DNA from: Ascoidea asiatica JCM 7603
Lineage: Eukaryota > Fungi > Ascomycota
Length of the DNA: 64,000 nt
Assembly: GCA_001600695.1 (NCBI GenBank)
Contig: BCKQ01000009.1
Coordinates: 390,913-454,912 of the forward strand
Reading direction: 5' to 3'
Positions 12,101 to 24,908 of the stretch are shown here, one piece after another. Under the pieces are notes generated by a model. It searched no databases and was not told where the DNA came from. It saw nothing but the letters and a program-made list of their open reading frames with translations. The position numbers were made by a program, and so were the translations under genes. Each line of letters begins with the position of its first letter. The first letter of the stretch is position 1.

Positions 12101-13318
12101 ATCAAAGACAAAAGATCATCTTTAATTAATTTGAAAACTCCGCCTTCTAGTTCTTCATCCAATTTTTCTCCAAACATGGAAACTGAATTTAACGTTTTCA
12201 ATCCTAATTCATCGCTTCCAAAAGGTCTGCCATTAACAGAAAGACCATCACTTCCTGAAATGTTTTCCGGACACATAAATTCATCAAAATTAGTCAATGA
12301 GTCATGTAAATCATTGACCAGAGTTGACAATGACAAATATATTTATTCAATAAGTCCTAATTCTTCTGAAAATAATAATATAGGAGAAATTTCTGAACAA
12401 ATAATTTCATTACTCGCCCCGGATGAGAAGATAATAAAACTTGACTTGATTGTTTGTAGTGAGTTATCATATAAGGAGATCAAATATACAAATGCAAATG
12501 TATTTGAAGAAAATTCTAGAAGAATAAATTTAAATGATCTTTCTGTTCATGAAATTATCAGTAAAAACTTTTCAAAATTACGAAATGATCAACTGAATCA
12601 AATATTGTTTATAACAACATTCGGAAAATTATTTTTACTCAGACTCGATTATTCAGGTGACAACGACAATAATTTTTCAACAACTTTGGAAATTAAGCTA
12701 ACCAATAGTAAAATGTCTATTTATGATTATGAATTTGGTGAACAGGATAATTCTGGCTATTTATTATTGGAACTTCTAAATTTTGAAAAGTTACTATTCT
12801 TATCTCCTTTTCCACCTTCTACAGAAAATGATTCTCATGATAATATTATAAGTTTTAGAATCAATAAAAGTATGACTTGGATTAACTGTTTATTAAAAGC
12901 TAAGGAACTATTGAAACCAAAAAGAAAGAAGAGTACAAAATTGCCGAAACAAACTCCCTCTCAAAAAATCACTTCTCCCACTTCTAATCCCAAAAAATCG
13001 CAAAAATCTCCAAGATTATCTAAATCCGAATCTAATTCCACAAAAGAAAGTGGTTATTCTAAAAGAACTCTGGATCCTTTAAAAACCCAGAAAACTAGAG
13101 TCACCAATACTGGAAAGGTACCAGCTAAATCTACAATCCATAAATCAACATCAAATTCTAAAATGTCTATGCAGGAAATAAACACTAAAGGATTTGCTAG
13201 AACGCAGGGTCCTTCTTTTGATTATGGAGGTATTGTTACTGGCACCAGAAATAGTTCAAAAAACCAAAGATCTGCTGCGGCTGCTGCTGCGGCTGCTGCT
13301 GCCTCCATTGGATTTTGA
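9149..13318 (+). CDS. PKH3: PDK1-family Ser/Thr kinase, Pkh3-like
   Basis: N-terminal kinase domain starting MSSRKRSVKDF, with GEGSYSTV, HRDLKPEN, ITDFGAAK, SFVGTAEYVSPE; long N/Q-rich linker; possible degenerate PH-like region; poly-Ala C-terminus. Confidence 0.85.
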   Translation: MSSRKRSVKDFQFGQRIGEGSYSTVYKAIDINNKKIFAIKILSKNHIVKEKKIKYVNIEKMTLNILGKHPGIVTLYYTFQDNLSLYFVLDFAEFGELLSLIRKLSSLNEFSIKYYLLQLIDAIEFMHLKGVIHRDLKPENILLNHDMKLMITDFGAAKILNPIPNKKKIKKKKNINNNNNDSDNDIYTDNDYDNLDNDNLLSNNSENNNNNDMNNNDDNDNDNDQKTASFVGTAEYVSPELLQYNKCGFESDIWAIGCIIFQFLTGNPPFKAKTEYLTFQKIINLDYNFPKFYIPLYLKDLIIKILIINPKKRLSLKQIKNHYFFNDINWNDKNQIWSKNPPKLQPYNPLIYKNLPNNLKNIPLKMPVLETTKQNKFNNSNVIRLVKKNKINTKSTLDLINNTYVPDSTPSYNQILSPHLKKINSNTPSITPSVKTNPQQIPNNNSTNTNKIVTPKSNYHSFPNHPVQYTNNQIPNQNQYPYQYQNHYSNQYQNQYPIQSQVQNHYQYQTPNQTPNHNQTPNHNQSQIQNQNTGPIPIISHNTGPNVNISKKINIKTINNNNANANTNSNYMSKKLSSPKISSPKINSPKINSPKFISKKSSFSSSNNQNIQNIKDTKIIKNSPNNLNNFDNENSVNSPLNLPILSPKIKPKKLFQTTLPNNLSNSTSSLNDEILNLENDFQNIQLSSSQSENQIQNQNQKQTPFPLHYQHTAPNSSRSSPSLSQPIHYQHTAPQLINNPNNSFIHNINNGFNNDINNQHNNGFTNVPITSNKHIISEKKLEFEKYVNTVNNNKSNNCPTSPVSKNKKNNNNNTTINNIITQNAINKENSIKKTPKQSTNYNINKNPITPSNPNFLHHAYTMQDRIIQLDQKTTLPSAQFSQNNSSIENIVSFQNQKRAHPYAFMRQKAFQNQVSSPNFNTYQQQNVPVSKRNNLGLFLETSNNANNDNESMFLFENRDDLMKSSSSNDFNFQKPLESSMIENKIKDKRSSLINLKTPPSSSSSNFSPNMETEFNVFNPNSSLPKGLPLTERPSLPEMFSGHINSSKLVNESCKSLTRVDNDKYIYSISPNSSENNNIGEISEQIISLLAPDEKIIKLDLIVCSELSYKEIKYTNANVFEENSRRINLNDLSVHEIISKNFSKLRNDQLNQILFITTFGKLFLLRLDYSGDNDNNFSTTLEIKLTNSKMSIYDYEFGEQDNSGYLLLELLNFEKLLFLSPFPPSTENDSHDNIISFRINKSMTWINCLLKAKELLKPKRKKSTKLPKQTPSQKITSPTSNPKKSQKSPRLSKSESNSTKESGYSKRTLDPLKTQKTRVTNTGKVPAKSTIHKSTSNSKMSMQEINTKGFARTQGPSFDYGGIVTGTRNSSKNQRSAAAAAAAAAASIGF

Positions 13319-14055
13319 TTTTACCTGAACTTGTTTTATTTCAATTCTTCTTATCAAGCTCTAATAATTTTTCATTTTTTTTAATTGACATTTTTAAATC
13401 CTTTACTAGCATTTTTTTTTAACCCTTATTTTTTTACGAAGCTTTTGTTTATTTGTCTAACCAATCTGGCGTGCTTTTTTTGGTTGGGTTTTGGTTCCTT
13501 TAAAATAAAATTCATAGCAAATTATCATATATGAAATTTGTGAAATTAATAAATCACTATAAAAACTAGAAAAAAACCGAATTTTATTCGATGTAGCATG
13601 ACCAAATTGAATTCATGAACTTCTGAAAAAAATTATGTCAAAACAAAAGAGGCTATAATCAAAATGATTTTCATTGATGAGCTTTTATTCACTCAAGGGA
13701 TTTAAAACCTCCAAAAAAATAGTTGGGCTTTACAGTAATCTTACAATGATAAGCCTTGAAGTTATATCCATACCAATATGCACATACTGTATATTGAAAT
13801 AGAAAATACTCGATAATTTCGAATGTACAAACAGTCTAAAGTAAAATGAAACAAAATGAAGAATAATAAAAGAGAATATAAAGACATTGTAGCAAAAGTT
13901 ACAAAAAAAGGAAAAAGATAAAAATCTAGCAAAATTTAATGAAAAAAAAAATGTAATAGAAAAACTGAGTTAAAAAAATATTGTAAAATCACGTAACATA
14001 AAAAAAATTTCAATCTATCCTGAAATTTCTCGATAATAAAAAAAAAACAGTTAGA

Positions 14056-17000
14056 TTATGATAAGGAAAAAAAATCATTCTGTTCTAAATCTTTGCCAGT
14101 ACTTTCCTCACTGGCTCCGATATTAAAGTTGATAGTGGTTAAGCTTGGCAAGTCATCACCTAAAAATTGAAACATCATATGCATACCGATTTGATTACTA
14201 AACTCAGAGTACTGATCAATTTTAGGGAAAAAATCTCCAAATTGCTTTAAGAACCAATTTTGATGATAATCACTAGTTAACACTTTACTTTTAACAAATG
14301 AGCTTAAGTATCCATAATATACTCTCATGATTTTTACTGCAACTAAATCACCTGTTATTAATAAGGAGTGAAAAATTTTATCCATTAATATTGGAAATAA
14401 AAATAGCTTCAAAAGTAAATTAGAATTTTCCTCTGATTTATTATTATTTTTGGAAGAGAAACTTTTATCATGACTAATTAAAGCACTTAGACTGAACAAA
14501 ATTTTGACAGAATTATAATATGGGGAAGAATATTCAATGGGAAATAATTCAGTGATGGAATCATCAAAACATTTTAAAGGAGAATAAACCTGTTCTTTGC
14601 TCTCGGAAATATTAGAGTAATTGATCGTTATATCACTTTCATTTAAATCACAATTATACAATTTAAAATATTCAAATTCGGCAGTAGATTCGGAAGTCTT
14701 CGACTTTGAAGTAGATTTCAGTTTACCTTTATTTGAAGAATTTGATTTGGAATTTTCTTTAATATTATTCATTAGAATAATATTGAAAAACTTTGACTGG
14801 TCATCGATTAAAGGAATCATTTTTTTCAAAATTTCGATAGCAGTTCTTATGTAATAAAGCCAATTAAAATTTGATTTTGATAATAGGTCGAGATTAGAAA
14901 TTGCATTCATAATAAGGACCAATGCAAAAGTGATTAATGAATCAATTTTTTCAATGTCTTTAGTAGACCTTTTTTTATTCATTTTTCCATTTTTTTTACC
15001 TTCTAAATCCATTTTTAAAGAACTTAATTGATTCTGAATCAAATTAATTGAAGAATTTAGATTTGAGATAATATAGTGTTGTAATTTTTGAATCTTCTGT
15101 TCGCTTATTGAAGCACATTCAAATTTCAAAAAATGAGTAGCAGAAAATGATAAAATGATATATAATAAATAGTCATGGTGAAATGCCAATTTTGATAAAA
15201 TATAATCATTTAATAAGAAAGAATTGAAAATTCCAGAATCAATAATTGTAGAAGAAACTTTAGTAACAAAATGATAAATAAGTTTAAGATCTAAACAATT
15301 CAATGACTTATTTGCAGTTGATGATGATCTGGGATTAGTCAATAATAAACTACTTAAATTTTGGCTGTAGGAATTCAATAAAAACGAAATATCATCACTG
15401 ATTTGAGAATTTTGAGGATTTTGAGAACTCTTGAAGGAAGGGTTACAATGATTTTCATTGTTTTCATTATTATTTGGTTCACTGGTATTAGTATTATTTT
15501 GCATTTCTATGTTAGTGTTATTCACTTCTCCATTATTAGAAGTAATGCTATCGCTTTTATTAGTATTATTAGTAGTAGAATTTTCTTGATTATTATTATT
15601 GTTATTTTTATTATTTTCACTACTATTGAAAATGTTATTGGTATTATTATTTTGATTAAAATCATTGGAACTATCAAAATTATCAATTGGATCAATTTGA
15701 TTAATATCAAAATTCAAATTGCTTAAATCACTTGAATTATTAAAATTATTTAAATTAGTAAAATCATTTTCATTAAAGTTATTAGCAAATTCATTAAAAT
15801 TACTTAAATTTTTAAAATTTTCATCTAAATAAAACTGCTGATTATGATTTTGATTTTTTAAATTATTGTTAGGCTTTATAGATTCAACAGACATGGAATT
15901 TGAAATATTTGTTGAAAATAAAGAGTTTGGTGATGATTCATTAGTTAAAGTTGAGTAAAGAGAATCAGAAGAGGGAGAATCTTTTGTTTTTTCATTTTGA
16001 TTGAATTTATTGATATTTTCAATGTCAGGAGGATAACTATTATTGAGTACCTCGTTTAAGGAATCATTAAGAGCACTATTAATATGTGCTGTTGAATTTT
16101 GAACTAAATCTAAATTAATTGGATTTAAGTCAAAACTTGCAAAATCAAAGGGAGAATCTAGAGAAAAAACTGGATTCAAATCTAAATCTAGACTTAGAGA
16201 AGAATTTGGTAACATTAAATTTGATTTTGGAGATGATGCTAAAGAAAATTGATCAGATATTGAATCAATATCAGAAGTTTGAAAAAAAGGAGACTTTAAT
16301 GTATTTTCTTTAACATTGTAGCTATTATTATTTGCTGAATTTGTTATATTGGTATTTGAATTATTATTATTGACATTGGTAGTATCAATGTTATTGTTAT
16401 TGTTAGAGTTGGTTTTTAAACTATTATCAAAAGTGATCAAATTATTAGAATTGAAGTTTAGATCATCAATTTTAAAATTTTCATCTGGAGAAAATAAATT
16501 TTGAGTTGAGGTTGAGATTTGATTTGAATCTGAAATTGAATTTGAATTTTTATTTTGTTTTGAATATTGATCATTCATATTTATCAATTGATCATAAGTT
16601 GAAGATAGGTTTGATAAGTTTGATAGATTTGTATTTGGGTTTGCATTAGAATTATTATTGATATCATTATAGTTACCAGAATCTTGATAATTTTGATTTT
16701 GAAGTTGCATTTGATTTTGATTCTGATCTTGATTTTGAATTTGATCTTGATCTTGAATTTGATTTGAATTTTGAACTAATTTTTCAAAATTAAAATTTAA
16801 GTTTAAATTTAATTTTAAATTCAAATTAATATCATTTAAATTATAATTAAAATTATTTAATAAATTTTTAAAATTTAAATTTTTTAAAATTAATTGATTT
16901 AAATTTGTTGGTAAATATTTATTTTTTGGATCATCAAATTTTAAATTTGATAAATTTATACCATTATTATTAATTAATTTATCTAAAATTTTATCACCAG

Positions 17001-17331
17001 TTGAATTTAATAAACCTAAAGAAATTACAGAATATGTACAATCTATACCCATATGTTTACATTTTAAGCATGAAGGTTTTAATTCATCACATTTAACTCT
17101 TCTTTTTTTACAAGTATTACAACCAGTTCTTGATTTATTATGATATTTTCTTTTTCCAGTTGATAATTTATTTTTATTTTTTATATTTATGATATTAATA
17201 ATATTACTTTCAATTTGATTTAATTGATTTTTTTGATTAATCTGAATAGTCTGATTTACGGATTTATTTGATTGATTGATTTGATTATTGTTATTGTTAT
17301 TGTTATTTTTATCGTTATATATAGAATTAGA

Positions 17332-17376
<45 letters not shown>

Positions 17377-17844
17377 GTTATTATTATTGTTATTATTATT
17401 GTTATTATTATTGTTGTTGTTGTTGTTGTTGTTGTTTTTATTATTATTATTATTATTGATATTATTATTATTATTAGTTACTTGAGAATTTGATTGATTA
17501 TTAATGATTGGATTTGAATAAAGAGATAATAAAGTTTTAGTTGTAGTTTTATTATTTAAATAATCTTTGATTAATTGATTATTTTTAAGATTCAAATTTA
17601 TATTTAAAAGATTATTTTTTTTATTTTTATTATTGAAGTTTTTATTATTATTAAAGTTTTTATTTGATAAATTTGATAAAATTGATAATTTTGGTTTAAT
17701 TGGAACTGGTTTTTTATCAATTTTATTTCTATTTTTTATAAATTTTCTATTTGAATTATTATTTGCATTATTATTGAATTGATTATTTGATATTGAAGAA
17801 GAAGAAGAAGAAGAAAAAGAGGATGATGAAGAAGAGGATGACAT
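14056..17844 (-). CDS. UPC2: Zn(II)2Cys6 sterol regulatory transcription factor, Upc2/Ecm22 family
   Basis: STGKRKYHNKSRTGCNTCKKRRVKCDELKPSCLKCKHMGIDC; C-terminal GMHMMFQFLGDDLPSLTT resembles the Upc2 MHMMLDFLGGGLPSMTT tail; lies near AHA1 as in S. cerevisiae. Confidence 0.9.
17285..17480. repeat. (AAT/AAC)n microsatellite encoding poly-Asn in UPC2
   Basis: Long TTA/TTG triplet run on the + strand. Confidence 0.95.
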
Positions 17845-19676
17845 TTACTTGATTTATTGGATTTATATATTATTTGATTGTATAAATATTTGATTTTTAT
17901 TTGAATAATCTTTCAAATATACAATTTATGAATTATTGTAAACTCTGAATAAACATAAAATGAAATTAAATGAGATGATTTAAATTGATTGATTGATTTA
18001 TTGATTGAATGAATAAATAAAATGAAAGGAAATGAAATGAAATTATATGATTTGAATTGAAATGATCTTAAAATAGTTGGGATATATGAAGATAAATTAT
18101 ACAGGTTATACAGACTAGATGATATACTAAAAAATAGTATAAATTATGAATTATAAATTATAAATTATAAATTGATCTGATATATTGATTTGATGAATTT
18201 ATTTGATTTATTGAATGAGTTAAAAGAAGTTAAAAGATTTAGAATTGATTGAATAGAAATAGAAATATATTAAAAATTCATAAAGTAAAGAGGTTTAGTA
18301 TTAGATAGAAGTCGAGAATATTGAATAATATATGAAATAATGAGATATATAAATGAATAAAAATATAATTATGATTTGAAATAATTATTTAGAAATATTA
18401 TTATATATATATATAATATAATATATCTAATAGATAATATATGATTATATTATAAATAAATATATATAATATATTATATTATACTATGATTGTTATATAA
18501 TTACATATAATCTGAGATTGTATTCGTGTGATATAATACAACAATACAATATAATAGGAATAATGATAAAATGATAAAATGATATAATGATAGAATGATG
18601 AGAATTTGAACAGACTCAGGTCATTTGATAAATAACAAATTCAATTTCAAAAAATAGTAATTGAATTTCAACTTATCAAAGGATAAATACCTGAACTTCT
18701 CCAGATTTTGAAGAAATTCTGAAGAAAAAGAATGAATAAATAATTATTAATAATTATTGATATTTTTTTTACAAAAATTATTAAGAAATATTATTTAAAA
18801 ATATAATTTTTTTACAAAATTTGTTAACAATATTCTAAAATGGTTTGAGAATAAGTTTTAAAATAATACTTTAAGTTTTCCGAAATATTTTGATTAAGTT
18901 ACTATTTGAAATTAGTTATTTTCATTTAAGAAACTCTTTCAATAAAATTGATTAAATTCAATCAATATTTATCCAAATCTAATCCAAATTTAAAATACTT
19001 TAGAGTAAATCTGAATTAGTTTGAATTAAATTGAACAGATTTGAATAAATATGAACAGTTTTGAACAGTTTTGAACAAGTTTTAAATACTTTTGATAAAT
19101 TTTGATGTTTTTTCGAGTTTTATAAAGTTTTAAGGTGTTTTCTGGTGTTTTCCGGTGTTTTGGGCTGTTCTAAAAGGCTTTGTGAAGTTACAAAACTCAA
19201 CTCAACAATTGTTGAGCACCGGTAAAAAGTGCCATTATCACAGGTCTTTGAAACCGCCTTTTTTATTTCACTAACCTATTAGCCTAAAGGCTGTTTTGTA
19301 TGAGAAGATGAGCTGAGTCACCTGATATGGCGCATTTCTTATGCAGAGATCCAGAACCATGTGCAAAAAAGTATGAAAAAACAGGCAGGAAAAAGGCAGG
19401 AAAAAAAAAAATGAAAGGCAAATGAAAAGCCGACGAACAATAAGGGAAACTACAAGCACAGAAATGTCCCAAAAGAAAAAGGGCAGGAGATATATCTGCA
19501 GAACTGGACCTCAAGTCACGAACCACAACCACGAACTGGCGTTTTCACCGTTTTGACCATTTTCACCTCACTTCGCTCTTTTCTCAGCGGTTTTCTCACC
19601 GCTGCTCGATTTCAGGGGCTGATCGTTATTGTTAACAAATAACGGCGCTTACTCGAGACTCATACCCAGAAGGAAA

Positions 19677-19755
19677 TATTTATATTTATATTTATCTTTA
19701 TATTTATATTTATATTTATATTTATCTTTATGTTTGAATTTATATTTATATTATA
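19677..19755. repeat. (TTTATA)n imperfect hexamer microsatellite
   Basis: tatttatatttatatttatctttatatttata... seen directly. Confidence 0.85.
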
Positions 19756-21759
19756 TTATTGTGATATGGTGGTATTTTATTTTATTATATGGTAAATTGT
19801 ATAATGGTGAATCAAATGGATATCTCGACATACCACATTTGTAACATTAAAGAGTAACTCGCAGTTGTACATCAACAGCCTATGCCATGGTGATCCGTAT
19901 GGCGAAATTACTTTTAGTTTTTAGGAATGGCTAAAGTCACGTTTATTGTACTCCATAGTTGCAATTCTGTTACGTTTATTTATTTTTCCGGAATATTTTC
20001 ACATATCCCTGGCTACTTTTTAATGTCATACTATATCTGTAAGAATGATTTCAATATTTTGAATTCAAAAGGTGTACTGTCACGCGGGACACCGTGGTAG
20101 TGGATCAAAATACAACACTTTTTTCTCAAATTCTTGAATTTCACTAACTTCACTAATTGGCCCAATTAGATATATTCGACTAAATTAGTGTCTCACTAAT
20201 TATTCATTTATTATTCATTAATTATTCAATGAATATTTATCAAATATTTGAATTTTATTAAAATATTTTAAAATTACGTATTTTTTTTTTATTTATTACC
20301 AGTATTCATTTATTGTCCAATTATAATCAAAATATTATGCATTTATTATTTAATTTTCTTAACTTTTCTCGACTTTTTTCGACTTTTAATTAATTTTCTC
20401 GACTTCAAATTTGACTCTCATCGATTTATCATATCCTTTATTAATAATCATTTTTATAAAAGGATCCATCAGATTGGTCTCAACTGAGTTTGCATATTAT
20501 TTTCGAGTATGTTCGGATTAAAAAATCTCGACTCGAGTTTTTTTGAGAAAATTTCAAATTAATCAACATTACCAAATATCAAGTGTTTTAAATTCTACTT
20601 TAAAAATGATATTAATCTAGGTTATTAGTCGATTTGTTGAAGTAATTAAATACTCGACTAATTTTTTATTGTTAGATGTTGTATAATATATTGTATGATA
20701 AGTTTATTACACAAAAAAAAAATGTTTCTCAGATTGTTCCTTTTTTTTCTTTCTTTTTTCCAACTTACTTTTATTTTCTTATTTATTTCTTTACTTAAAT
20801 ATATCTTCTTATGAATTTCTTTGAAAATCATTTTATTTGCTTAGATGTTTATAAAAAAAAAACATCACAGCACGTCAAATAATGAAAAATATCATATGAT
20901 GAAATAATTTCAAAACTACTTTTCATATTTTTATACTTACTAAAAGTTACTTCTAGGTTATTTCTAGCTCATTAAGTTACAAATTGACTTGAACTTTATA
21001 TCTAACAATTATTACTCTTCTAGTTTCTTCTTACAGTTCTTTTTTCATATTACCAAGTAATTTTTTGATTTTGTTTTTAATTTTTTTGATTTTCTTGATG
21101 TTTTTGAAGTTTTTGATTAATTTTCGATACTCAATTGTTTGCCTACAGGTAAATTTCGAAACTCATTTGTTTTTTAAAATATAATTGATTTTCTATACTC
21201 TGAATAGGTTTCAAATATCATATGATTTAAAAATATTGAAACATGATAATAATTCAAACAATTGCTTTAGAAAATGTTTCAACAGTTTCTATTACGCTTA
21301 TTATTGTATTAGGTTTATTGTTTTTATAAACACTCAATTTCATTTATTTCTAACTCAATCTTATTCTCAAACTTTTTCAATTGAGTCTCATTCTATTATT
21401 ATATCTGTCTATCACATTTATGTTTTGTTTTATATTTGTTTATTGTCCCTCGATTCTATCTTTATTTCAACTTCTCTATAGTTACTGTAACATTACTGTA
21501 TGATTACAACTGCAACTGTAATTACTATTCCTCATTCTAAACTTTACAAGCTTTACAAACACCGAGTATACACTGTAAACTAACCGGACTATACCTTATT
21601 CAAATATGCTTTTCCTTTGTGTGCCTATTTTCTATTTTCCAATGTCTATTTTCTATTTCCTATTTTTTGTATTGTCGTGAACCTATTTCAATTTACGAGA
21701 ATCGCAAACAGCATTCATCACCGATGGCTTTGTGCTAGCCACACAGTGTTAAAACTTCA

Positions 21760-21945
21760 CCCCACGAAACACCTCTGTTACTAGTCTCTACGGTGTTACG
21801 ACTCCTCCACACTTAGCCACATTATTTATATTAGCCCCCTAAGCACTCATGCGGGTTAAACCGCGCGCGATACGCATCAAACTAGTTTTCCCACGCGTTT
21901 CTCTTGATGTGGCGATGCAAAGATAGCCAGGCTTTGTTTACACAA
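21760..21945 (+). promoter_or_regulatory. Cell-cycle promoter of CDT1: SCB CACGAAA (21763), CGCGCGCG (21862), MCB ACGCGT (21893), forkhead TTGTTTAC (21934)
   Basis: Cluster of exact motifs in a GC-rich island 270-450 bp upstream of a replication-licensing gene. Confidence 0.6.
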
Positions 21946-22212
21946 TAACTTCGAACGTGTCTTACCCAACAATAAAACTCTCTAATTCTCGAATTTATTT
22001 TTGAGAATTCGGTTTCGCAAATAAACGCTGCTTGATGTTATTACATAAACACACGTTTTTTCAATTGAGACCATTAATGAGGTTCCCTTTCTTTAAATTT
22101 CTAGAGTTAACCGAAAAAAGGTTTATTTATAAAAAAGTATATTAACCAAAAAAAAATAAATAAACAATTTTAGTTTATAAATATTTTAGTTTGATTCTTT
22201 AAATTGAAAAAG

Positions 22213-24873
22213 ATGGATCAATCCAAAGTCAATCAGGATTCAAATTTCAATTCCAGTTCTGGTTCAAACAACAGCAATAAGAATAAGAATAACAATAGCA
22301 ATAATAATGATAATCTCAATAATGATAACAATGAATATGATTATGAATACTTTAGTAATGAAAATATAATTAATTTATCAGATTTAAACTCAAATTCAAA
22401 TTCAAGAAATATTCTATTTGATAAATTATTCAATCAATTATTTTCAAATGGTTATTGTATTTTATCAAATTTAAATCATTTAATATCTTTTAATTCAGAA
22501 TTAGATAAGAAAAATTTAAATTTAAATGATAACTTATTTAATTTTTTAAATATTATTTCAAATAATAATTCAAATAATGATTCAAATAATGATTCAAATA
22601 ATAATTCAAATAATAATTCAAATAATGATTTTTCTACTCAAAATTCATCAGATTTGTCAAAACTTTTTAATCTTGAAACCATTTCATCAAATTTCAATGG
22701 ACTTTATAAATTAAATAATAATCAAAATCTTTTACTTTATTCTCAATCAAATAATAATAATAATATGTCTGATAAAACTGATAAAATTGAAGAAAATGAA
22801 AATAATTTGTATCTTAACTTACTCAATAAATCTTCGAATCAAATTTATCAAAATGATAAAAATAATAATAATAATAATAGTATAATTCAATTAAATAATT
22901 TATTTAGTTCTTTTAAAAATTTTTCAAATAACTTAATTGATTTACTATTTAATATTTCAAATATCAATAATTCATTATATTCTCCATTATTTGAAAATTC
23001 ATTCAACAATTATAATGATTTATCAATAATCTATTCAAATTCAACTTCTGATTCAAATTCAAAGTCAACTACTATCACTAATAACAATAATTTATCTTTT
23101 TTTTCTTTATTTTATACAAATAATTTGAATTCAATTAATTTATCTTTAAATTCAAATAAAAAGAAAAGAATAAAATTCAAAATTTCAAATAAAAGTCAAA
23201 ATTACTTAATTCTTTCAATTGGTGATTTATTTCAATTAATTTCAAATAATTTCTATGTAAATAATTTGAATCAAATTAACTTTAGTATTAATAATAATAA
23301 TAATAAGGAAAATAATTCTTTTATCTTAAAATTTAATAAATATATTAATTTGAATATAAATTTAAATTTAAATAATGTTTTATTCAAAAAAATCATTCAA
23401 AATTTCAATGAATTTAAATATAATTATCCAAATTATTTAAAAATAATTGAAAAAAGACAAAATTTCAATCAATTTGAGAATTATAATAAACCTAATGAAA
23501 ACAATGATAATAATATAAATGACAATCGAATTGATTATAAAAGCAATCTTTTATTCTCAATATTCCTCAAAAAGTCAGATAATAAAGATAGATCCCCAAA
23601 TATATTAAATGGAAATTTGATTTTTTATAAAAGATTATTAGAATTTACTTCTCAAAACAATGAAAATCAAAATTTAGGAACTTCATCTTCATTTCATAAT
23701 ATTTATTTTCATATTTTTAATAAATCTTTGAAATTAAAAATCAACTCATTTTATAAAACTAAAATTGAAAATTTTTTACTCAAAATCAATAAGTTGAATA
23801 AATTATTCATAAACTTAGATAATTTATTATATACTCATTTTTTGAATCATATAAATCTACCAAATTTATCAACTTTATTACTTCAAATTTCAGATATCTT
23901 AAATGCAAATTGTACTTTATTAAATATTTGGCAAATTTTAACTATTTTTCCAAATTCTTTCAAAATTTTGAAGATCGTACCTTCTTCCACAAATAGTTAT
24001 AAGATTAATTTACCAAATAATTTATCTTTATTAAATTTTAATAAAATATTAATTAAAAGAAAAACTTTATTCAATGAGAACTTAATAAATTTTATTAACA
24101 ATTTGAAAATTAAAATTAATTATAATGAAGAAAATAAAGATATAGAATGTCTTGAAATAAATATAAAAGAATTTGATAAATTTCAAAATTATTTTGAAAA
24201 TTTGGATCCAATTATTCATGAAATTCAAGATAATTCTGAAAATCATTCAAGAAGAAAACTTACTTTTGATAAAGAATCTTTAAAGAAAAAGAATCAAGAA
24301 TTCAAAAAACAAAAATTGAATACAAATTTAAATAATAATTTATCTAATAATTTAATAGATTTAAAAAACTCTAAAAAAAATTCCAAATCAGAAATTGAAG
24401 TTGAACTTTCTCAAATATCAAATAAAAAACTATCTGTATTAGAGAGAATCAAATTAAAGAAGAAATTAAAAGATCAAAAAGAAAAGGAATTAATAAAAAC
24501 TTATTCAAATAGTACATTAGAGAAAAAATCTTTGGACACATTGAAATATGATAATTTTTTAAAAGGAAAATTAAAATCAATTTTCAATATATTATATATG
24601 ATGGATTATAATAAGCCTTATTCTATTGACTCTTTAGTATTAAAAATCATTGATAGTTCAGTCACAACTTCTTTGAGTCATAAAGAATCAAAAGATATAA
24701 TCAATTTAATTAACTTTAAATTACCTGATAATGTTTTCAAAATATCTCAATTCACTGATGGAAGATTGAATAATAATAAAAATAAAGATGTTATAAGAGA
24801 TGAAGGTGTTCGAATTGTTCAATTCAACTTTTATAATAAAAGGGAAGAAATTTTACAATTATTAGAGAAATGA
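22213..24873 (+). CDS. TAH11: Replication licensing factor Cdt1/Tah11-like
   Basis: N-terminal degenerate 2OG-dioxygenase-like motifs (LFSNGYCILSN, LILSIGDLFQLISNN), as known for budding-yeast Cdt1; C-terminal LSVLERIKLK preceding a winged-helix-sized region; MCB/SCB promoter. First ATG at 22213. Confidence 0.72.
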   Translation: MDQSKVNQDSNFNSSSGSNNSNKNKNNNSNNNDNLNNDNNEYDYEYFSNENIINLSDLNSNSNSRNILFDKLFNQLFSNGYCILSNLNHLISFNSELDKKNLNLNDNLFNFLNIISNNNSNNDSNNDSNNNSNNNSNNDFSTQNSSDLSKLFNLETISSNFNGLYKLNNNQNLLLYSQSNNNNNMSDKTDKIEENENNLYLNLLNKSSNQIYQNDKNNNNNNSIIQLNNLFSSFKNFSNNLIDLLFNISNINNSLYSPLFENSFNNYNDLSIIYSNSTSDSNSKSTTITNNNNLSFFSLFYTNNLNSINLSLNSNKKKRIKFKISNKSQNYLILSIGDLFQLISNNFYVNNLNQINFSINNNNNKENNSFILKFNKYINLNINLNLNNVLFKKIIQNFNEFKYNYPNYLKIIEKRQNFNQFENYNKPNENNDNNINDNRIDYKSNLLFSIFLKKSDNKDRSPNILNGNLIFYKRLLEFTSQNNENQNLGTSSSFHNIYFHIFNKSLKLKINSFYKTKIENFLLKINKLNKLFINLDNLLYTHFLNHINLPNLSTLLLQISDILNANCTLLNIWQILTIFPNSFKILKIVPSSTNSYKINLPNNLSLLNFNKILIKRKTLFNENLINFINNLKIKINYNEENKDIECLEINIKEFDKFQNYFENLDPIIHEIQDNSENHSRRKLTFDKESLKKKNQEFKKQKLNTNLNNNLSNNLIDLKNSKKNSKSEIEVELSQISNKKLSVLERIKLKKKLKDQKEKELIKTYSNSTLEKKSLDTLKYDNFLKGKLKSIFNILYMMDYNKPYSIDSLVLKIIDSSVTTSLSHKESKDIINLINFKLPDNVFKISQFTDGRLNNNKNKDVIRDEGVRIVQFNFYNKREEILQLLEK

Positions 24874-24908
24874 AATCATTAAAAGTATAAAATATATTGT
24901 ATATTATA

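Noticed and set aside
18595-18700. Possible C/D snoRNA (ATGATGA...CTGA)
   Set aside because: No canonical terminal stem, no recognisable rRNA guide, and both motifs are frequent in AT-rich DNA.
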